64,000 bases of DNA from an uncultured bacterium (GTDB taxonomy: Bacteria > UBP14 > UBA6098 > B30-G16). A program made the position numbers and the translations under genes. Shown here piece after piece: positions 19,399 to 29,645 of the stretch. Below the pieces are notes generated by a model that saw only the letters and a list, made by a program, of their open reading frames with translations, was not told the DNA's origin and did no database searches. Numbering within the stretch: the first letter of the stretch is position 1; each line of letters starts with the position of its first letter. The stretch is from NCBI GenBank assembly GCA_965552135.1, contig CBEVQY010000001.1, positions 96,001 to 160,000 on the forward strand. The letters run 5' to 3'.

Positions 19399-21006
19399 TC
19401 AGCGGACTATGAGAAGCTTGCCCCTGGTCGACTCATCCCCCACGGCGGCGACGTATATGTAGACCCCTGGCGCCACAGGCTTCCCCTCAAGGTTTCTGCA
19501 GTCCCAGGTGATCTTGCCGCTTTGGGGATAGCTGAACTCCCTTTTCGCCCGCCACACAAGCGCTCCGTCGGCGGCGAAGACCACAACCGACGCCTCCGCG
19601 GGCTGCGCTATCCGGAAGGGGAACGTTACGCTGCCTGTCGCGCATGGGTTGGGGTATGGGTCGTTGATCTCGTTTTGCGCGAATATCGGCACCAGGCACG
19701 ATTCCGCGGAGCACTCGGTGACGTCGAACCAGAAGCGCGCCTGGGGTGTTGGCGAAACCTCGGGCAGAACGGCGAAGTATATCGCCCTGTACTGCCATCG
19801 CCCCGGGATGTCGATGCTTTGCGCTGGGTCGGCTCTCCTCCACGGCGCCGCCTCGTCGCCGGGAAGCTCAACGGGAACGGCGATAAGCGCGCCCGAGACG
19901 CCGCTTTCGAAGACGACCTTCCCGCTTACGCCGCCCTCGACGAGCGCATAGTCGAGCCTGAAGAAGTTTGTGCCGAAGGGCGCCACGACGCCCTCCTGCG
20001 AGAAGGGTGGCTCCGCGTCCGAGGCTGCCGGGAGCGGGTAGTTCGCCCCCTCGGCGAAGAACCCCTCGCGCCAAAACTCCCCAACGCGAACGCGCCAGGC
20101 GACAAACTCCTCGTAAGCCTCCGTTAGGCTCGAACCGCGCTCCTCAAGCTCGTCGGAAATGGCGTAAAGCGGCAGCTCATCCTCGCAGCGCTCCCAAATG
20201 CTTTTTATAAGCTCCCCCGACAGCCGCGAACCCTCGCAAAAGTGCTCCGCAAGGAAGAGGGGGAACATAACGCCGCCGTAGTACGCAACGTCGTCGTCGG
20301 CGTTGAATGGAACCCAGGGCTCGCTTTGAAACTCGGACACGTAGGAGTAGTAATCGTTCACTTCGTCGAAGCAGAGCTCCTCGCAGAAGACCGCAGTTTG
20401 CTCCATCCACCAGCGATACGCCGCGGCATCGTCGGGGGTGAAGGGGTAGAAGTATGCGAACTGGACGGTGTGGAAGAACTCGTGGGCGCAGGTTACGGCA
20501 AGCGCGGGGTATGGGTCGTCGGCATAGCCGGGGATGCGGGTCATGTCCGACTGGATCCTTACGTAAGCCGTTGCCTTGTTTTCCGTTGTGTCGACCACTC
20601 TGGGCTGCGTTTCGCCGTAGACACCCGTGCCCATCGCAACCAGATACACGTCCACCCTTGCGTCGCCGCCGGCAAGCGATGTGTCGGAGATGCCCGCCGT
20701 ATCGGGAATAGGGGGGCGGAAGCCGAGTGAATCGACGACGATGCGCCAGGCGTGCTCGAGGTACTCTCCGGCAGCCTCCACGTAGTCGGGGACTCCGTCC
20801 TCGTCGGCGTCGCCGGGGTAGACGGCGTTGACGCCCGTGGTGTCGTACCAGACCTTGAAGTGCTTTGTGCCGTAGCTTGCCTGCATCGAGGGCGGCAGCC
20901 TGACCGCCTTGGTCGAGATGAAGTCCTCCAGAGCCTGCGGCGTCCCGCAGCGGATGCAAAAGGCTGTCGAAAAGCAAAGCAGGATTAATGTAAAGCTACC
21001 TCGCAC
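19399..21006 (-). CDS. Secreted zinc metalloprotease (MXAN_6640-like) with FlgD/T9SS-like C-terminal domain
   Basis: Signal peptide, CGTP, DADEDGVPDYV, AHEFFHTVQF, WWMEQTA; C-terminal PYPNP...WDCRNLEGKPVAPGVYIY...GKLLIVR. Confidence 0.85.
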   Translation of the reverse strand: MRGSFTLILLCFSTAFCIRCGTPQALEDFISTKAVRLPPSMQASYGTKHFKVWYDTTGVNAVYPGDADEDGVPDYVEAAGEYLEHAWRIVVDSLGFRPPIPDTAGISDTSLAGGDARVDVYLVAMGTGVYGETQPRVVDTTENKATAYVRIQSDMTRIPGYADDPYPALAVTCAHEFFHTVQFAYFYPFTPDDAAAYRWWMEQTAVFCEELCFDEVNDYYSYVSEFQSEPWVPFNADDDVAYYGGVMFPLFLAEHFCEGSRLSGELIKSIWERCEDELPLYAISDELEERGSSLTEAYEEFVAWRVRVGEFWREGFFAEGANYPLPAASDAEPPFSQEGVVAPFGTNFFRLDYALVEGGVSGKVVFESGVSGALIAVPVELPGDEAAPWRRADPAQSIDIPGRWQYRAIYFAVLPEVSPTPQARFWFDVTECSAESCLVPIFAQNEINDPYPNPCATGSVTFPFRIAQPAEASVVVFAADGALVWRAKREFSYPQSGKITWDCRNLEGKPVAPGVYIYVAAVGDESTRGKLLIVR

Positions 21007-23494
21007 TCTGCTCTATCCCCACCTTGTACACCGTTACGCGGTTTCGCCCCTGCGCCTTCGATACGTAGAGGGCTGTGTCGGCTCGGCGGATGAGCTCCTC
21101 CGCGTCGGGGACGTCGTCCTCGAGGACCGCAACGCCTATGCTCGCCGATATGTGTTCCGTTCTTGCTCCCGAGCCGTCCAGAAACGGCGTCGACGATATG
21201 TGTCGGCAGAGCCTTTCCGCAACGTCGAGCGCCTCCTCGGCGCCGGTGTCGGAGAGGACGAGGACGAACTCGTCGCCGCCGTAGCGCGCAGCAAAATCGT
21301 CGGACCGAAGAAAGCCGCGGATTATCTCGGCTACCTCCATAAGGAGCCTGTCGCCGGCGGGGTGACCGTAGGTGTCGTTGTAGTCCTTGAACCTGTCGAG
21401 ATCCATGGAGAGCAGGGCAAGCTTCTTTCCCTCCGCGCGGTGCCGCGCTATGTAGACGGGCAGTTGCTCGGTGAAGTACCTGTAGTTGCGAAGCTTTGTG
21501 AGCTCATCGGTTACGGCAAGCCTCTGAAGCTGGCGATTGCGCCTCGAAAGCTCCTCTGCCGTGCGCTTGAGCTGCTCCTCCAAAAGGCGAAACTCGGTCA
21601 CGTCGTCGACTATGGTGAGTATCCTCCTCACCGATTCGCCCGGCTGGGCTATGGGGATTATCTTGGTCTTTGTGAACTGGCGCCTCCCGTTGCGGCGGAT
21701 GTAGGTCTCCTCGGTGTCGATGCTGCGCTTGGTGTGGATCACCTCGCGGTAGATCTCCTCCCTGCCCAGGTCCCTCAGAAACGGGGCGACGTCGAAGAGG
21801 TTTTTGCCAACGGCGTTGCCCGAAACGTCGTATATCCTGTAGAACTCGGGCGATGCCGAAAGGACGGTGAAGTTCGCGTCCACAAGGAAGATCGCCTTGT
21901 CGACCGTGTTTAGGATGTCTTTGTGGATTCTGTTTGTCGTCATAAGGTCGTTGAGGATGTGCCTTATGTAGAGCGCCTGAGAGACGGCGACCCTGAAAGT
22001 CTCGACAAGCTCCGACTGCGGTCCAAGGTCGACGTCGCTTGGGAACATAAGGCAGCCGAAGAACATATCCTCGTACCTAAGCGGCAGGACGACCACGTGT
22101 GTGTATTCGAAAAGCGCCTTGAGTGTGTGGACCAGCACGACAAGCGATGGGTTTTCGCACGTGAACCTGTCGATTGGTATCGTCATGTGTGCAGACACCC
22201 TGCGCACGTCCACGCCGTTGAACCTGACGCCCACAGCCAAACTGGGGAGGCTTACGTTTGCGAAGCTCAGTTCGTCCGAAAGCTTTGGGTTGTCCACAAC
22301 ATAGGCGTTCGGTTCGAGTGCGTTCTCGCTTGGGTTGTACTGCCATCCCACGACAAGCGGCAGCCCAAAGACCTTTGCCGCAGCCTCCGTTGACCTGCGC
22401 AAAATCGCATCCACCGAGTCGCAGCCTATAAGACCCTGCGCAAAGCGGTAGATGTAGTCGAGCTTCTCGCGGTGGGCGTTGATAAGCTTTAGGTATTCTA
22501 CCTCCTGCTCTGCCCTCGCCTTCGCCGCTATCTGGCGCGCGGTGACAAAAACGCCCAGAAGGGCAACGACAAGGGCTACGATCAAAGCTATCAAAAGCTT
22601 TCGTTTGAGCGGGGCTATAGCTGAAAGAGCGGTTTGTGCGTCGAAGTCGGAGCCGATGATCCAGCGCTCGAAGCCAACGGGGCTGCTGTACCAGCAGAGA
22701 ATCCTTCTCCCGCCGGCGGCGCTTCGGTACGAGAGCCAACCGCTGCCTGGGGGAGGAAAGTTCTCGAGAAAGTGGATAAGGGACGTATCGGTCACGTCGC
22801 CGTAAATCTCGCCTATCTTTCTGCCGAAGGGGTACCTGGAGTGAACGAGCACAGTGCCGTTTTCGTCGGCAAGCCAAACCCCCTCGCCAAGCTTTTCGAA
22901 AAGCGGCGCGAAAAACCTCGCCACAAGGCTGTCGAACGAAACGAGCGTTGCGACTGAACCGGTGAAGATCGAGTCGTCGACGAAGGTGGGGACGTGGACA
23001 ATTATCGCGTCGAAGCCCTGCACGGTCCGTACCGGACCGCCTATGACCGGCTTGTGGGTGCGCAAAAGCCTTTTTATGTGCGGCTGGTCGGTTATGTCGG
23101 TGCCCTCGTAGGCGGAGTACGGGACGGTGACCCGCACAACCCCCGCTGAGTCGAGCCGCGTGACCGACGCAAGAAGGGATGAGCGGGAGTGGTATATCAT
23201 CTCGAGTCTTCTGCGCGTCTCCTGCGGATCAAGCCTCTGCACCTCCGGGATGGTCGAAAGATACACCGCATCTCCCACAAGGCTTGAGATAAGCGTCCTC
23301 AGTCCGCTCATCGCCTCCTGCACGAGTGCGATCCTGTGGCGGGTGGCGTCCTGAAGCGCGATGCGCTCGGCGTCGGAGATTATTGCCCTGACGACGAGAA
23401 AAGCCAGAACGATAAGCGAGATGTAAAACACAACCGCCTCTATGACCACCGACCGCCTCAATTCCTTACCCCGTAGCGCTAAGTTTTTAAACAA
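20996..23494 (-). CDS. Membrane sensor diguanylate cyclase (Cache-GAF-like-PAS-GGDEF)
   Basis: Two TM helices flank a periplasmic Cache domain; DLDRFKDYND, RSDD I-site, RYGGDEF. Confidence 0.93.
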   Translation of the reverse strand: MFKNLALRGKELRRSVVIEAVVFYISLIVLAFLVVRAIISDAERIALQDATRHRIALVQEAMSGLRTLISSLVGDAVYLSTIPEVQRLDPQETRRRLEMIYHSRSSLLASVTRLDSAGVVRVTVPYSAYEGTDITDQPHIKRLLRTHKPVIGGPVRTVQGFDAIIVHVPTFVDDSIFTGSVATLVSFDSLVARFFAPLFEKLGEGVWLADENGTVLVHSRYPFGRKIGEIYGDVTDTSLIHFLENFPPPGSGWLSYRSAAGGRRILCWYSSPVGFERWIIGSDFDAQTALSAIAPLKRKLLIALIVALVVALLGVFVTARQIAAKARAEQEVEYLKLINAHREKLDYIYRFAQGLIGCDSVDAILRRSTEAAAKVFGLPLVVGWQYNPSENALEPNAYVVDNPKLSDELSFANVSLPSLAVGVRFNGVDVRRVSAHMTIPIDRFTCENPSLVVLVHTLKALFEYTHVVVLPLRYEDMFFGCLMFPSDVDLGPQSELVETFRVAVSQALYIRHILNDLMTTNRIHKDILNTVDKAIFLVDANFTVLSASPEFYRIYDVSGNAVGKNLFDVAPFLRDLGREEIYREVIHTKRSIDTEETYIRRNGRRQFTKTKIIPIAQPGESVRRILTIVDDVTEFRLLEEQLKRTAEELSRRNRQLQRLAVTDELTKLRNYRYFTEQLPVYIARHRAEGKKLALLSMDLDRFKDYNDTYGHPAGDRLLMEVAEIIRGFLRSDDFAARYGGDEFVLVLSDTGAEEALDVAERLCRHISSTPFLDGSGARTEHISASIGVAVLEDDVPDAEELIRRADTALYVSKAQGRNRVTVYKVGIEQSAR

Positions 23495-23596
23495 AAAATA
23501 TTAGTCCCCAAAGTCTTTGCAAGCGAAGGTTGAGAAAAGAGGTTTGCGAAAAGGCGCCCTTGGGGATATTTTGTTTTGTCAGTCGGAGGTGGCGAG

Positions 23597-25153
23597 GTGA
23601 AGTATTTTGGTGTTGCGATGCTTGTGCTTCTTTTTATGTCTGGTTGTGCGAAAAGCAGCGAGGAGGTCGGTATGGAGGACATAAGGAAGCCTGCTGTGGC
23701 GGGTTCGTGGTATCCCGGCGATCCCGACTCGCTGCGGGCGATGATAGAGGCGTTCATCGAAAAAGCCGATGTGCCCAAAATCGACGGAAGGATTTTCTGT
23801 CTTATCGCTCCGCACGCTGGGTACATCTATTCGGGACCCGTTGCCGCATACGCCTTCAAGGCGCTCCTGCAGAGAAAGGACGAATACAAAGGCAACACCG
23901 TGATCCTTGTGGGCTTTTCCCACAGACCTCCGAGCTGGAGCGGCATATCGGTTTGGGCTAAGGGTTTTTGGGAAACGCCTTTGGGGCGCGTTAAGGTCGA
24001 CGAGGAGCTCGCGCAAAGGATCATATCCCTTGCCCCCAACACGATCCAATACAGGCGCGAGGTCCACTACGGCGAGCATTCGCTTGAGATGGAGCTGCCT
24101 TTCCTGCAGTACGTCCTCGACAACGACCTCAAGATCGTCCCAATAGCCTTCTCGCACCAAACGCAGGCAGAGATCGAAACCCTGACCTCCGCGCTTCTTT
24201 CCGCGGACATCGATTGGGGTAGGACGTTTGTTGTGGTTTCGACCGATATGAGCCATTACCTTCCGTACGACAGGGCGGTTTCTGTGGACAAGCGCACACT
24301 CGATTACGTTCTTTCGGGCGACATCGATGGGCTTTCGAGCTGGATTCCCTCGGCTGGTGCGTTTTGTGGCTGGGCGGGCGTTCTTGTGGCGATGCGGGTT
24401 GCGTCGAGCTTGGGCGCAACGAAGGCGATTCTCCTCAAGTACGCCAACTCGGGCGACACGCAGCCTCAAACCGCCGCGCACGGCGTCGTCGGATACTGTG
24501 CCGTGGCATTTGTGATGGGCGACGGAAGGGGCACCTCCTCGGGCGAGGGCGGCGGAGGTTCCGCAGAAGCGCTGCCCGGCACACAGGAGTACTCCCTCAC
24601 CCGCGACCAAAAGCTCTACCTCCTGCGCCTTGCGCGGACGACGATCGAGAAGTACGTTCACGACGGCGTCGTCTACGAGCCGCCGAAACCCGACGACCCC
24701 AAGCTTGTGGAGGATGCGCCGGTGTTCGTCACGCTGCACAGGAAGGGGATGCTTCGGGGCTGCATCGGTCAGATGGTGGCGCAGGAGCCCCTATACCTTG
24801 CCGTGCGCGACATGGCCATCGCCGCCGCAACTAAAGACTACAGGTTCCCGCCCGTGCAGCCAAACGAGATCGACGAGATAGACATCGAAATCTCCGTCCT
24901 CTCGCCCCTGCGAAGGATAAGCTCGTGGGAGGAGATAAAACCCTTCAAGCACGGTGTTTACGTCAAGCGCGGCTGGCAGAGCGGCGTCTTTCTGCCGCAG
25001 GTGTGGGGGCAGATTCCCGACAAAGAGGCTTTCCTCAGGGAGCTTTGCGTCCAGAAGGCGCATCTGGAGCCGGAGTGCTACAAGGACCCCAAAACGGAGC
25101 TTTACGTTTACACCGTTCTTGAGTTTAGCGAGAAGGAGCTTGGTCTTAAGTGA
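23597..25153 (+). CDS. AmmeMemoRadiSam protein B (MEMO1-like) - protein A (AMMECR1-like) fusion with lipoprotein signal
   Basis: RKPAVAGSWYP, PHAGYIYSG, EHSLEMELPFLQ, STDMSHY; then VFVTL..LRGCIG, DYRFPPV, GVFLPQVW; N-terminal lipobox MSGC. Confidence 0.9.
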   Translation: MKYFGVAMLVLLFMSGCAKSSEEVGMEDIRKPAVAGSWYPGDPDSLRAMIEAFIEKADVPKIDGRIFCLIAPHAGYIYSGPVAAYAFKALLQRKDEYKGNTVILVGFSHRPPSWSGISVWAKGFWETPLGRVKVDEELAQRIISLAPNTIQYRREVHYGEHSLEMELPFLQYVLDNDLKIVPIAFSHQTQAEIETLTSALLSADIDWGRTFVVVSTDMSHYLPYDRAVSVDKRTLDYVLSGDIDGLSSWIPSAGAFCGWAGVLVAMRVASSLGATKAILLKYANSGDTQPQTAAHGVVGYCAVAFVMGDGRGTSSGEGGGGSAEALPGTQEYSLTRDQKLYLLRLARTTIEKYVHDGVVYEPPKPDDPKLVEDAPVFVTLHRKGMLRGCIGQMVAQEPLYLAVRDMAIAAATKDYRFPPVQPNEIDEIDIEISVLSPLRRISSWEEIKPFKHGVYVKRGWQSGVFLPQVWGQIPDKEAFLRELCVQKAHLEPECYKDPKTELYVYTVLEFSEKELGLK

Positions 25154-25617
25154 GGGCGATGGCACCGACTTCGCGGAGGTTTTCGCCGCGCCACATGGCG
25201 AGGCGCGCTGCGCTGCAGGCGCTCTACGCGCATCAAATAAGCGGCGAGAGCGACCCGCAAAAGCTTGTCGCCGATGTCCTCAGGCACGCGAGGCTTCCGA
25301 AGTCGGCGCGCGAGTTCCTGCAAAGGCTTGTTAAAGCCGCCGTGGACCGCGAAAAACTCGCCGACTCCGTGATACAAAAGGTCGCGGAAAACTGGGACAT
25401 AGATCGAATCTCCGTCGTCGACAGGAACATCCTGCGGCTCGGGATAGCCGAGTTCCTCGACTTCCCTGATATATCGTATCGCGTGACGATAGACGAGGCT
25501 GTGGAGCTTGCGAAGGAGTTTGGCAGCGCCGACAGCTCCAAGTTCGTCAACGGCGTCCTCGACGCCGCGCTGCGAAAGCTTAGGGAGATGGGGCTTGTTT
25601 CGAAGGAGGATGGGTGA
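25150..25617 (+). CDS. nusB: Transcription antitermination factor NusB
   Basis: RHMARRAALQALY, DRNILRLG, IDEAVELAKEFG, FVNGVLD. Confidence 0.96.
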   Translation: MRAMAPTSRRFSPRHMARRAALQALYAHQISGESDPQKLVADVLRHARLPKSAREFLQRLVKAAVDREKLADSVIQKVAENWDIDRISVVDRNILRLGIAEFLDFPDISYRVTIDEAVELAKEFGSADSSKFVNGVLDAALRKLREMGLVSKEDG

Positions 25618-26354
25618 GGGTAGGTTTTATCTCCGACATCCACGGGAACTTCGAGGCGCTCGAGGTGGCGCTTTCGAGGCTTTCGCGCGAAGGGGTCGAC
25701 AGGGTTGTTTGCGCCGGTGATCTCGTTGGCTACGGCGCCGACCCCATAAAGTGCGTCGAGGCTGTGCAAAAGACCGCGGATGTCGTCGTTGCAGGAAACC
25801 ACGACTGGGCTGCCGTCGGAAAAACCGACATCACATACTTCAACATCTACGGCAGAAAGGCTATAGTCTGGACCTCGAACGTTCTGCCGCCCCATCAGAG
25901 GAAGTTCTTAGCCGACCTGGACCTCTCCTACGCCGATGAGTCCTGGTGCGTCGTCCACTCGACCCCGCACAGACCCCAGGACTGGAACTACATACTGACC
26001 CCAGGCGACGCCCTGCGCCAGTTCGAGTTCTTCGAGAAACGAATTTGCTTTGTGGGGCACTCCCACGTTCCCGCGGTCTTCAGCGAAAAGGGCGGGGCGT
26101 TTGGGATAAGCATCCCCTTCAACGAAGAGAGCCTTTTGCTGCAGCTTACCCCCGACGACAGGTACATAATAAACGTCGGCAGCGTTGGTCAGCCCCGCGA
26201 CGGAGACCCAAGAGGGTGCGTTGTGATCTTCGACGCCGATGAGCTTACGGTGAAGTTCATAAGGTTCTTCTACCCGGTCGACAGAGCTCAGGAGAAGATC
26301 ATCTCCGCGGGTCTGCCCTCTTTCCTCGCCGAAAGGCTCGGTCAGGGGATATGA
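25614..26354 (+). CDS. Metallophosphoesterase (calcineurin-like)
   Basis: SDIHGN, GDLVGYG, GNHD, GHSH, NVGSVGQPRDG. Confidence 0.92.
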   Translation: MRVGFISDIHGNFEALEVALSRLSREGVDRVVCAGDLVGYGADPIKCVEAVQKTADVVVAGNHDWAAVGKTDITYFNIYGRKAIVWTSNVLPPHQRKFLADLDLSYADESWCVVHSTPHRPQDWNYILTPGDALRQFEFFEKRICFVGHSHVPAVFSEKGGAFGISIPFNEESLLLQLTPDDRYIINVGSVGQPRDGDPRGCVVIFDADELTVKFIRFFYPVDRAQEKIISAGLPSFLAERLGQGI

Positions 26355-27253
26355 CTTCGCGCAGACGTCCAAAGCTCAAGCACTGGCTGGAGTACATAGT
26401 TCTTCGTGCGCTTGTTTTTTTGCTTCGGCTTTTGCCGCACGAAGCAGCCGTCGCCCTGGGCGGAGCCATAGGAAGGGCGCTTTGGGCGCTTGGTGTGCGG
26501 CGGAAGGTGGCCAAGAGGAACTTTAAGCTCTGCTTCGGCGATAGGTACAGCGACCGTGAGGCGAACGAGATCCTCAAAAGGTCCTACGATTTCTTCTGCC
26601 GCTCCGTTGTGGAGTATGCGCTATTGCCGAAGCTTGGGGATCGCGTTTTGTCGCTCGTCAGCCTTGAGGGCAAAGAGCTTCTCGACGAGCTTGCGGGGCA
26701 GGGCAGGGGCGCGATTTTGGTCACAGGGCACTTCGGCAGCTGGGAGCTTTTCGGCGCTGCGCTGGCGAAGGCCGGGTATAAGATCGACTTCCTCGTCGGA
26801 ACGCAGAAAAACCCCCTCGTCGACGAGCTTATGAACGCGGTGCGCAGGTCCGTGGGGATAGGCATCATCCACATAGGCGTGGCTGCGCGCGGGGTTTTGA
26901 GGTCGCTTCGCGCAGGTCGCATGGTGGCTATGCTCTCCGACCAGGATGCCGGTGCCGACGGCGTTGTCGTCAAGTTCTTCGGAAATCCCGCGTCGACGCC
27001 TCGGGGAGCTGCGGCCTTCGCCGCAAAAACCAGATGCCCCATCGTGGCGGGATACATCGTCCGAAACGCCGATGGGTTCACCCACAGGGGGATAGTCGAG
27101 AGACTTTTGCCTCCGAAGCTTTCGGGGAACGCTGAGGATGACATAAAGTCCCTCACCCAGTTTTTCACCGATGTTCTCGAGCGTGGCGTCCGCGCCCATC
27201 CCGACCATTACTTCTGGGCGCACAGGAGGTTCAAAAGCACGATAGGATACTGA
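26351..27253 (+). CDS. Lipid A late acyltransferase (LpxL/HtrB family)
   Basis: TGHFGSWEL, LSDQDAG, PDHYFWAHRRFK. Confidence 0.9.
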   Translation: MTSRRRPKLKHWLEYIVLRALVFLLRLLPHEAAVALGGAIGRALWALGVRRKVAKRNFKLCFGDRYSDREANEILKRSYDFFCRSVVEYALLPKLGDRVLSLVSLEGKELLDELAGQGRGAILVTGHFGSWELFGAALAKAGYKIDFLVGTQKNPLVDELMNAVRRSVGIGIIHIGVAARGVLRSLRAGRMVAMLSDQDAGADGVVVKFFGNPASTPRGAAAFAAKTRCPIVAGYIVRNADGFTHRGIVERLLPPKLSGNAEDDIKSLTQFFTDVLERGVRAHPDHYFWAHRRFKSTIGY

Positions 27254-29520
27254 TGCCGACAGCGCATCGTGGGAAGGATCGTGGCAGGCTTTTGTGGCTT
27301 TCCCTTATTCTTTTCCTTGGCGCCGCCGAGCGCCTGATCCACCTGCTGGCGTGGGCGAAAAGCCCGTACTGGTCGGGGCTTTTCCTCGACGAGCTTTACC
27401 ACCACCTCTGGGCAAAGCTTGTTGCCTGCGGTCAGGTCTTTCCGCCCGGGGTTTTCTTCAGGGCGCCGCTTTACCCGTACCTGCTTGGCGCGATCTACGC
27501 CATCTTCGGCGACGGAGGCTGGGCGCCGAGGATCCTTCAACACACCATCGGGCTCGCATCCGCCCTGCCCGTGTACTGGACCGCGCAAAGGCTTTTGCGC
27601 AAACGCAGCCTCGCCATCCTGGCGACCGCGCTTTGGGCGCTTATGCCCCTCCAGGTGTTCTTCGAGTCGCGGCTGCTTCTGGACGCCGTATTCGCCGCGA
27701 TGGTGCCGTGGTTTTTGTGGATGCTCCATCTGGCGCGCCAGAAACGCACCGCCGGAGTGCTTGCCGCCACGGGCATCGTTTTGGGCGTGATGGCGGTAAC
27801 AAGACCCACCGCGCTCGTCTTCGCGCCGATAGGGGTCGTTTGGCTGTGGCGGTGGATGAAGGGAAAGGCGCTCTGGATGCTTGTGGGGCTTTTCATCCCT
27901 ATATTGCCGGTCTTTGCTGCGAACGTGGCGAACGGGGATTTTGTGCTTATAGCCTCTCAGGGCGGGATAAACCTCTACATCGGTAACAATCCCCAAAGCG
28001 ACGGCGCGTCGGCAGTGGTTCCGGAGCTCGGCAGGAACTGGCAGTATCGGCGCTGCGCCGCCCTGGCAAAGCAAAGCCTCGGGCGCAAACCCAAACCATC
28101 GGAGATTTCGAGGTTTTTTGCGAAAAAAGCCCTGGCTTTCTGGACGAACGAGCCCACAAAGGCGCTGGCGCTTGCGGCGAAGAAGTTGGTGCTCCTGCTC
28201 ACCGCGCCCGAGATCGGAAACAACGGGAACATTTACTTCCTCATGAAGCGCTCCCCGCTTGCGCATCTGCTTTGGCTTGGCTGGGGGGTCGTTTTGCCCT
28301 TGGCTTTCGTCGGGTTCGCCTTTGGGGAGATGGAGCACAGGTGGCTCATCGTATCCCTCGCTGCGGCATACGGCGCGGTTTTGGTTGCGTTTTTCGTGTG
28401 CGCACGCTTCAGGCTGCCTATGATACCGCTCCTTGTGCTCCCTGCCTCTGCGGGCGTTGGCGCCGTGGTGGACGCTGTGCGGTCGCGGAGGTTTTTGCCG
28501 CCCCTGCTTTGTGCCGCCCTCTTGGTGCTTGCGCAAGCCGACCCCTACGGCTGGCGCAAAAGCGACGACGCCCTGTCTTACTTCGCCCTGGGGAACATAT
28601 ACTTCCGCACCGGTCGATGGGACGATGCGCTGCGGGAATACAGAAGGGCTTTGGCGCTTGATCAGGGCGCGAGGGGTGTTCACCTCAACATGGGAGCGTT
28701 GTATTTTGCCCGCGGCGCGCTCGACTCCGCCGAGGCTCAGTTCGTTCGCGAGGTGGACGTCGGCGGCGAGGTGTGCCGCGCGCTGTCGAACATAGGGGTC
28801 ATCCGCAGGCTGCGCGGCGACTTTACCGGCGCCATCGCAGCGGGGAAAACCGCATACGAGCGCTGCGGCGAAATGCCCGATGTGGCGTTCAACTTCGTCC
28901 TCACGCTGTACGCCGCAGGCTATTACGCCTGGGCGGACTCCATCGTCGACGAGGCTCTCCCGGACCTCGGCGATGATCCGCGCTTCCTCAACGTGGCGGG
29001 AGCCGTTAAGCTCGCCGCGGGCGATACGGCAGAGGCAGAGCGCCTCTTCCGAAAAGTTGTGGAGCTCTACACCAGCCGTCCGGGCAGGTCCTTGGTTCAG
29101 CTTTACGACCTCGGCGCGATCTACAGCGAGCAGGCGGGCGTCGGCGCATCGGAGGGAAGAGTCTTTTGCTGGGCGTGTTACAACCTCGCCTTGCTTTACG
29201 CCTCCAAAGGCAGGCTTGAGGGCGCGAGGGAGCTTTTGACGCGCGCCGTACTTGAGGATGCAGGCTTTGCGGAGGGATTCGCGGCGCTGGGGGCGGTCCT
29301 GCTGGCGCAGGGACGAATAGACGAAGCCGAGCGAAATCTAACGCGAGCCCGGGAGCTGGGGCTGCGAAAGCCCGAGCTTTTCTTTGACCTCGCCGCCGTC
29401 TGCACCAGACGCGGCGAGCTTGAGAAAGCGAAGACCCTGCTTGAACAGGCGCTGGAACTAAGGCCCGACTTCAAGCCCGCCAAAAGCGCGCTGGATTGGC
29501 TCGAGGAACAAACGAATTGA
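27253..29520 (+). CDS. GT-C (ArnT/PMT-like) glycosyltransferase with C-terminal TPR repeats
   Basis: DELYHHLWA, FRAPLYPYLL, GGINLYIGNN, ARFRLP, followed by TPR helices. Confidence 0.82.
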   Translation: MPTAHRGKDRGRLLWLSLILFLGAAERLIHLLAWAKSPYWSGLFLDELYHHLWAKLVACGQVFPPGVFFRAPLYPYLLGAIYAIFGDGGWAPRILQHTIGLASALPVYWTAQRLLRKRSLAILATALWALMPLQVFFESRLLLDAVFAAMVPWFLWMLHLARQKRTAGVLAATGIVLGVMAVTRPTALVFAPIGVVWLWRWMKGKALWMLVGLFIPILPVFAANVANGDFVLIASQGGINLYIGNNPQSDGASAVVPELGRNWQYRRCAALAKQSLGRKPKPSEISRFFAKKALAFWTNEPTKALALAAKKLVLLLTAPEIGNNGNIYFLMKRSPLAHLLWLGWGVVLPLAFVGFAFGEMEHRWLIVSLAAAYGAVLVAFFVCARFRLPMIPLLVLPASAGVGAVVDAVRSRRFLPPLLCAALLVLAQADPYGWRKSDDALSYFALGNIYFRTGRWDDALREYRRALALDQGARGVHLNMGALYFARGALDSAEAQFVREVDVGGEVCRALSNIGVIRRLRGDFTGAIAAGKTAYERCGEMPDVAFNFVLTLYAAGYYAWADSIVDEALPDLGDDPRFLNVAGAVKLAAGDTAEAERLFRKVVELYTSRPGRSLVQLYDLGAIYSEQAGVGASEGRVFCWACYNLALLYASKGRLEGARELLTRAVLEDAGFAEGFAALGAVLLAQGRIDEAERNLTRARELGLRKPELFFDLAAVCTRRGELEKAKTLLEQALELRPDFKPAKSALDWLEEQTN

Positions 29521-29544
29521 CACCGCCCGCGGAAGCGATATACT
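29517..29544 (+). promoter_or_regulatory. sigma70-like promoter of tRNA-Arg
   Basis: TTGACA-16 bp-TATACT, ending 8 nt upstream of the tRNA. Confidence 0.8.
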
Positions 29545-29552
29545 AAACACGG

Positions 29553-29626
29553 GTGCCCGTAGCTCAACTGGACAGAGCACCGGACTTCGGATCCGGTGGT
29601 TGGGGGTTCGAGTCCCTCCGGGCACG
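29553..29626 (+). tRNA. tRNA-Arg (anticodon TCG), CCA not encoded
   Basis: Acceptor GTGCCCG/CGGGCAC, D-arm AGCTCAACTGGACAGAGC, anticodon arm CCGGA-CTTCGGA-TCCGG, T-loop GGTTCGAGTCC. Confidence 0.96.
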
Positions 29627-29645
29627 TACAGATGCGGGCGCGGCA

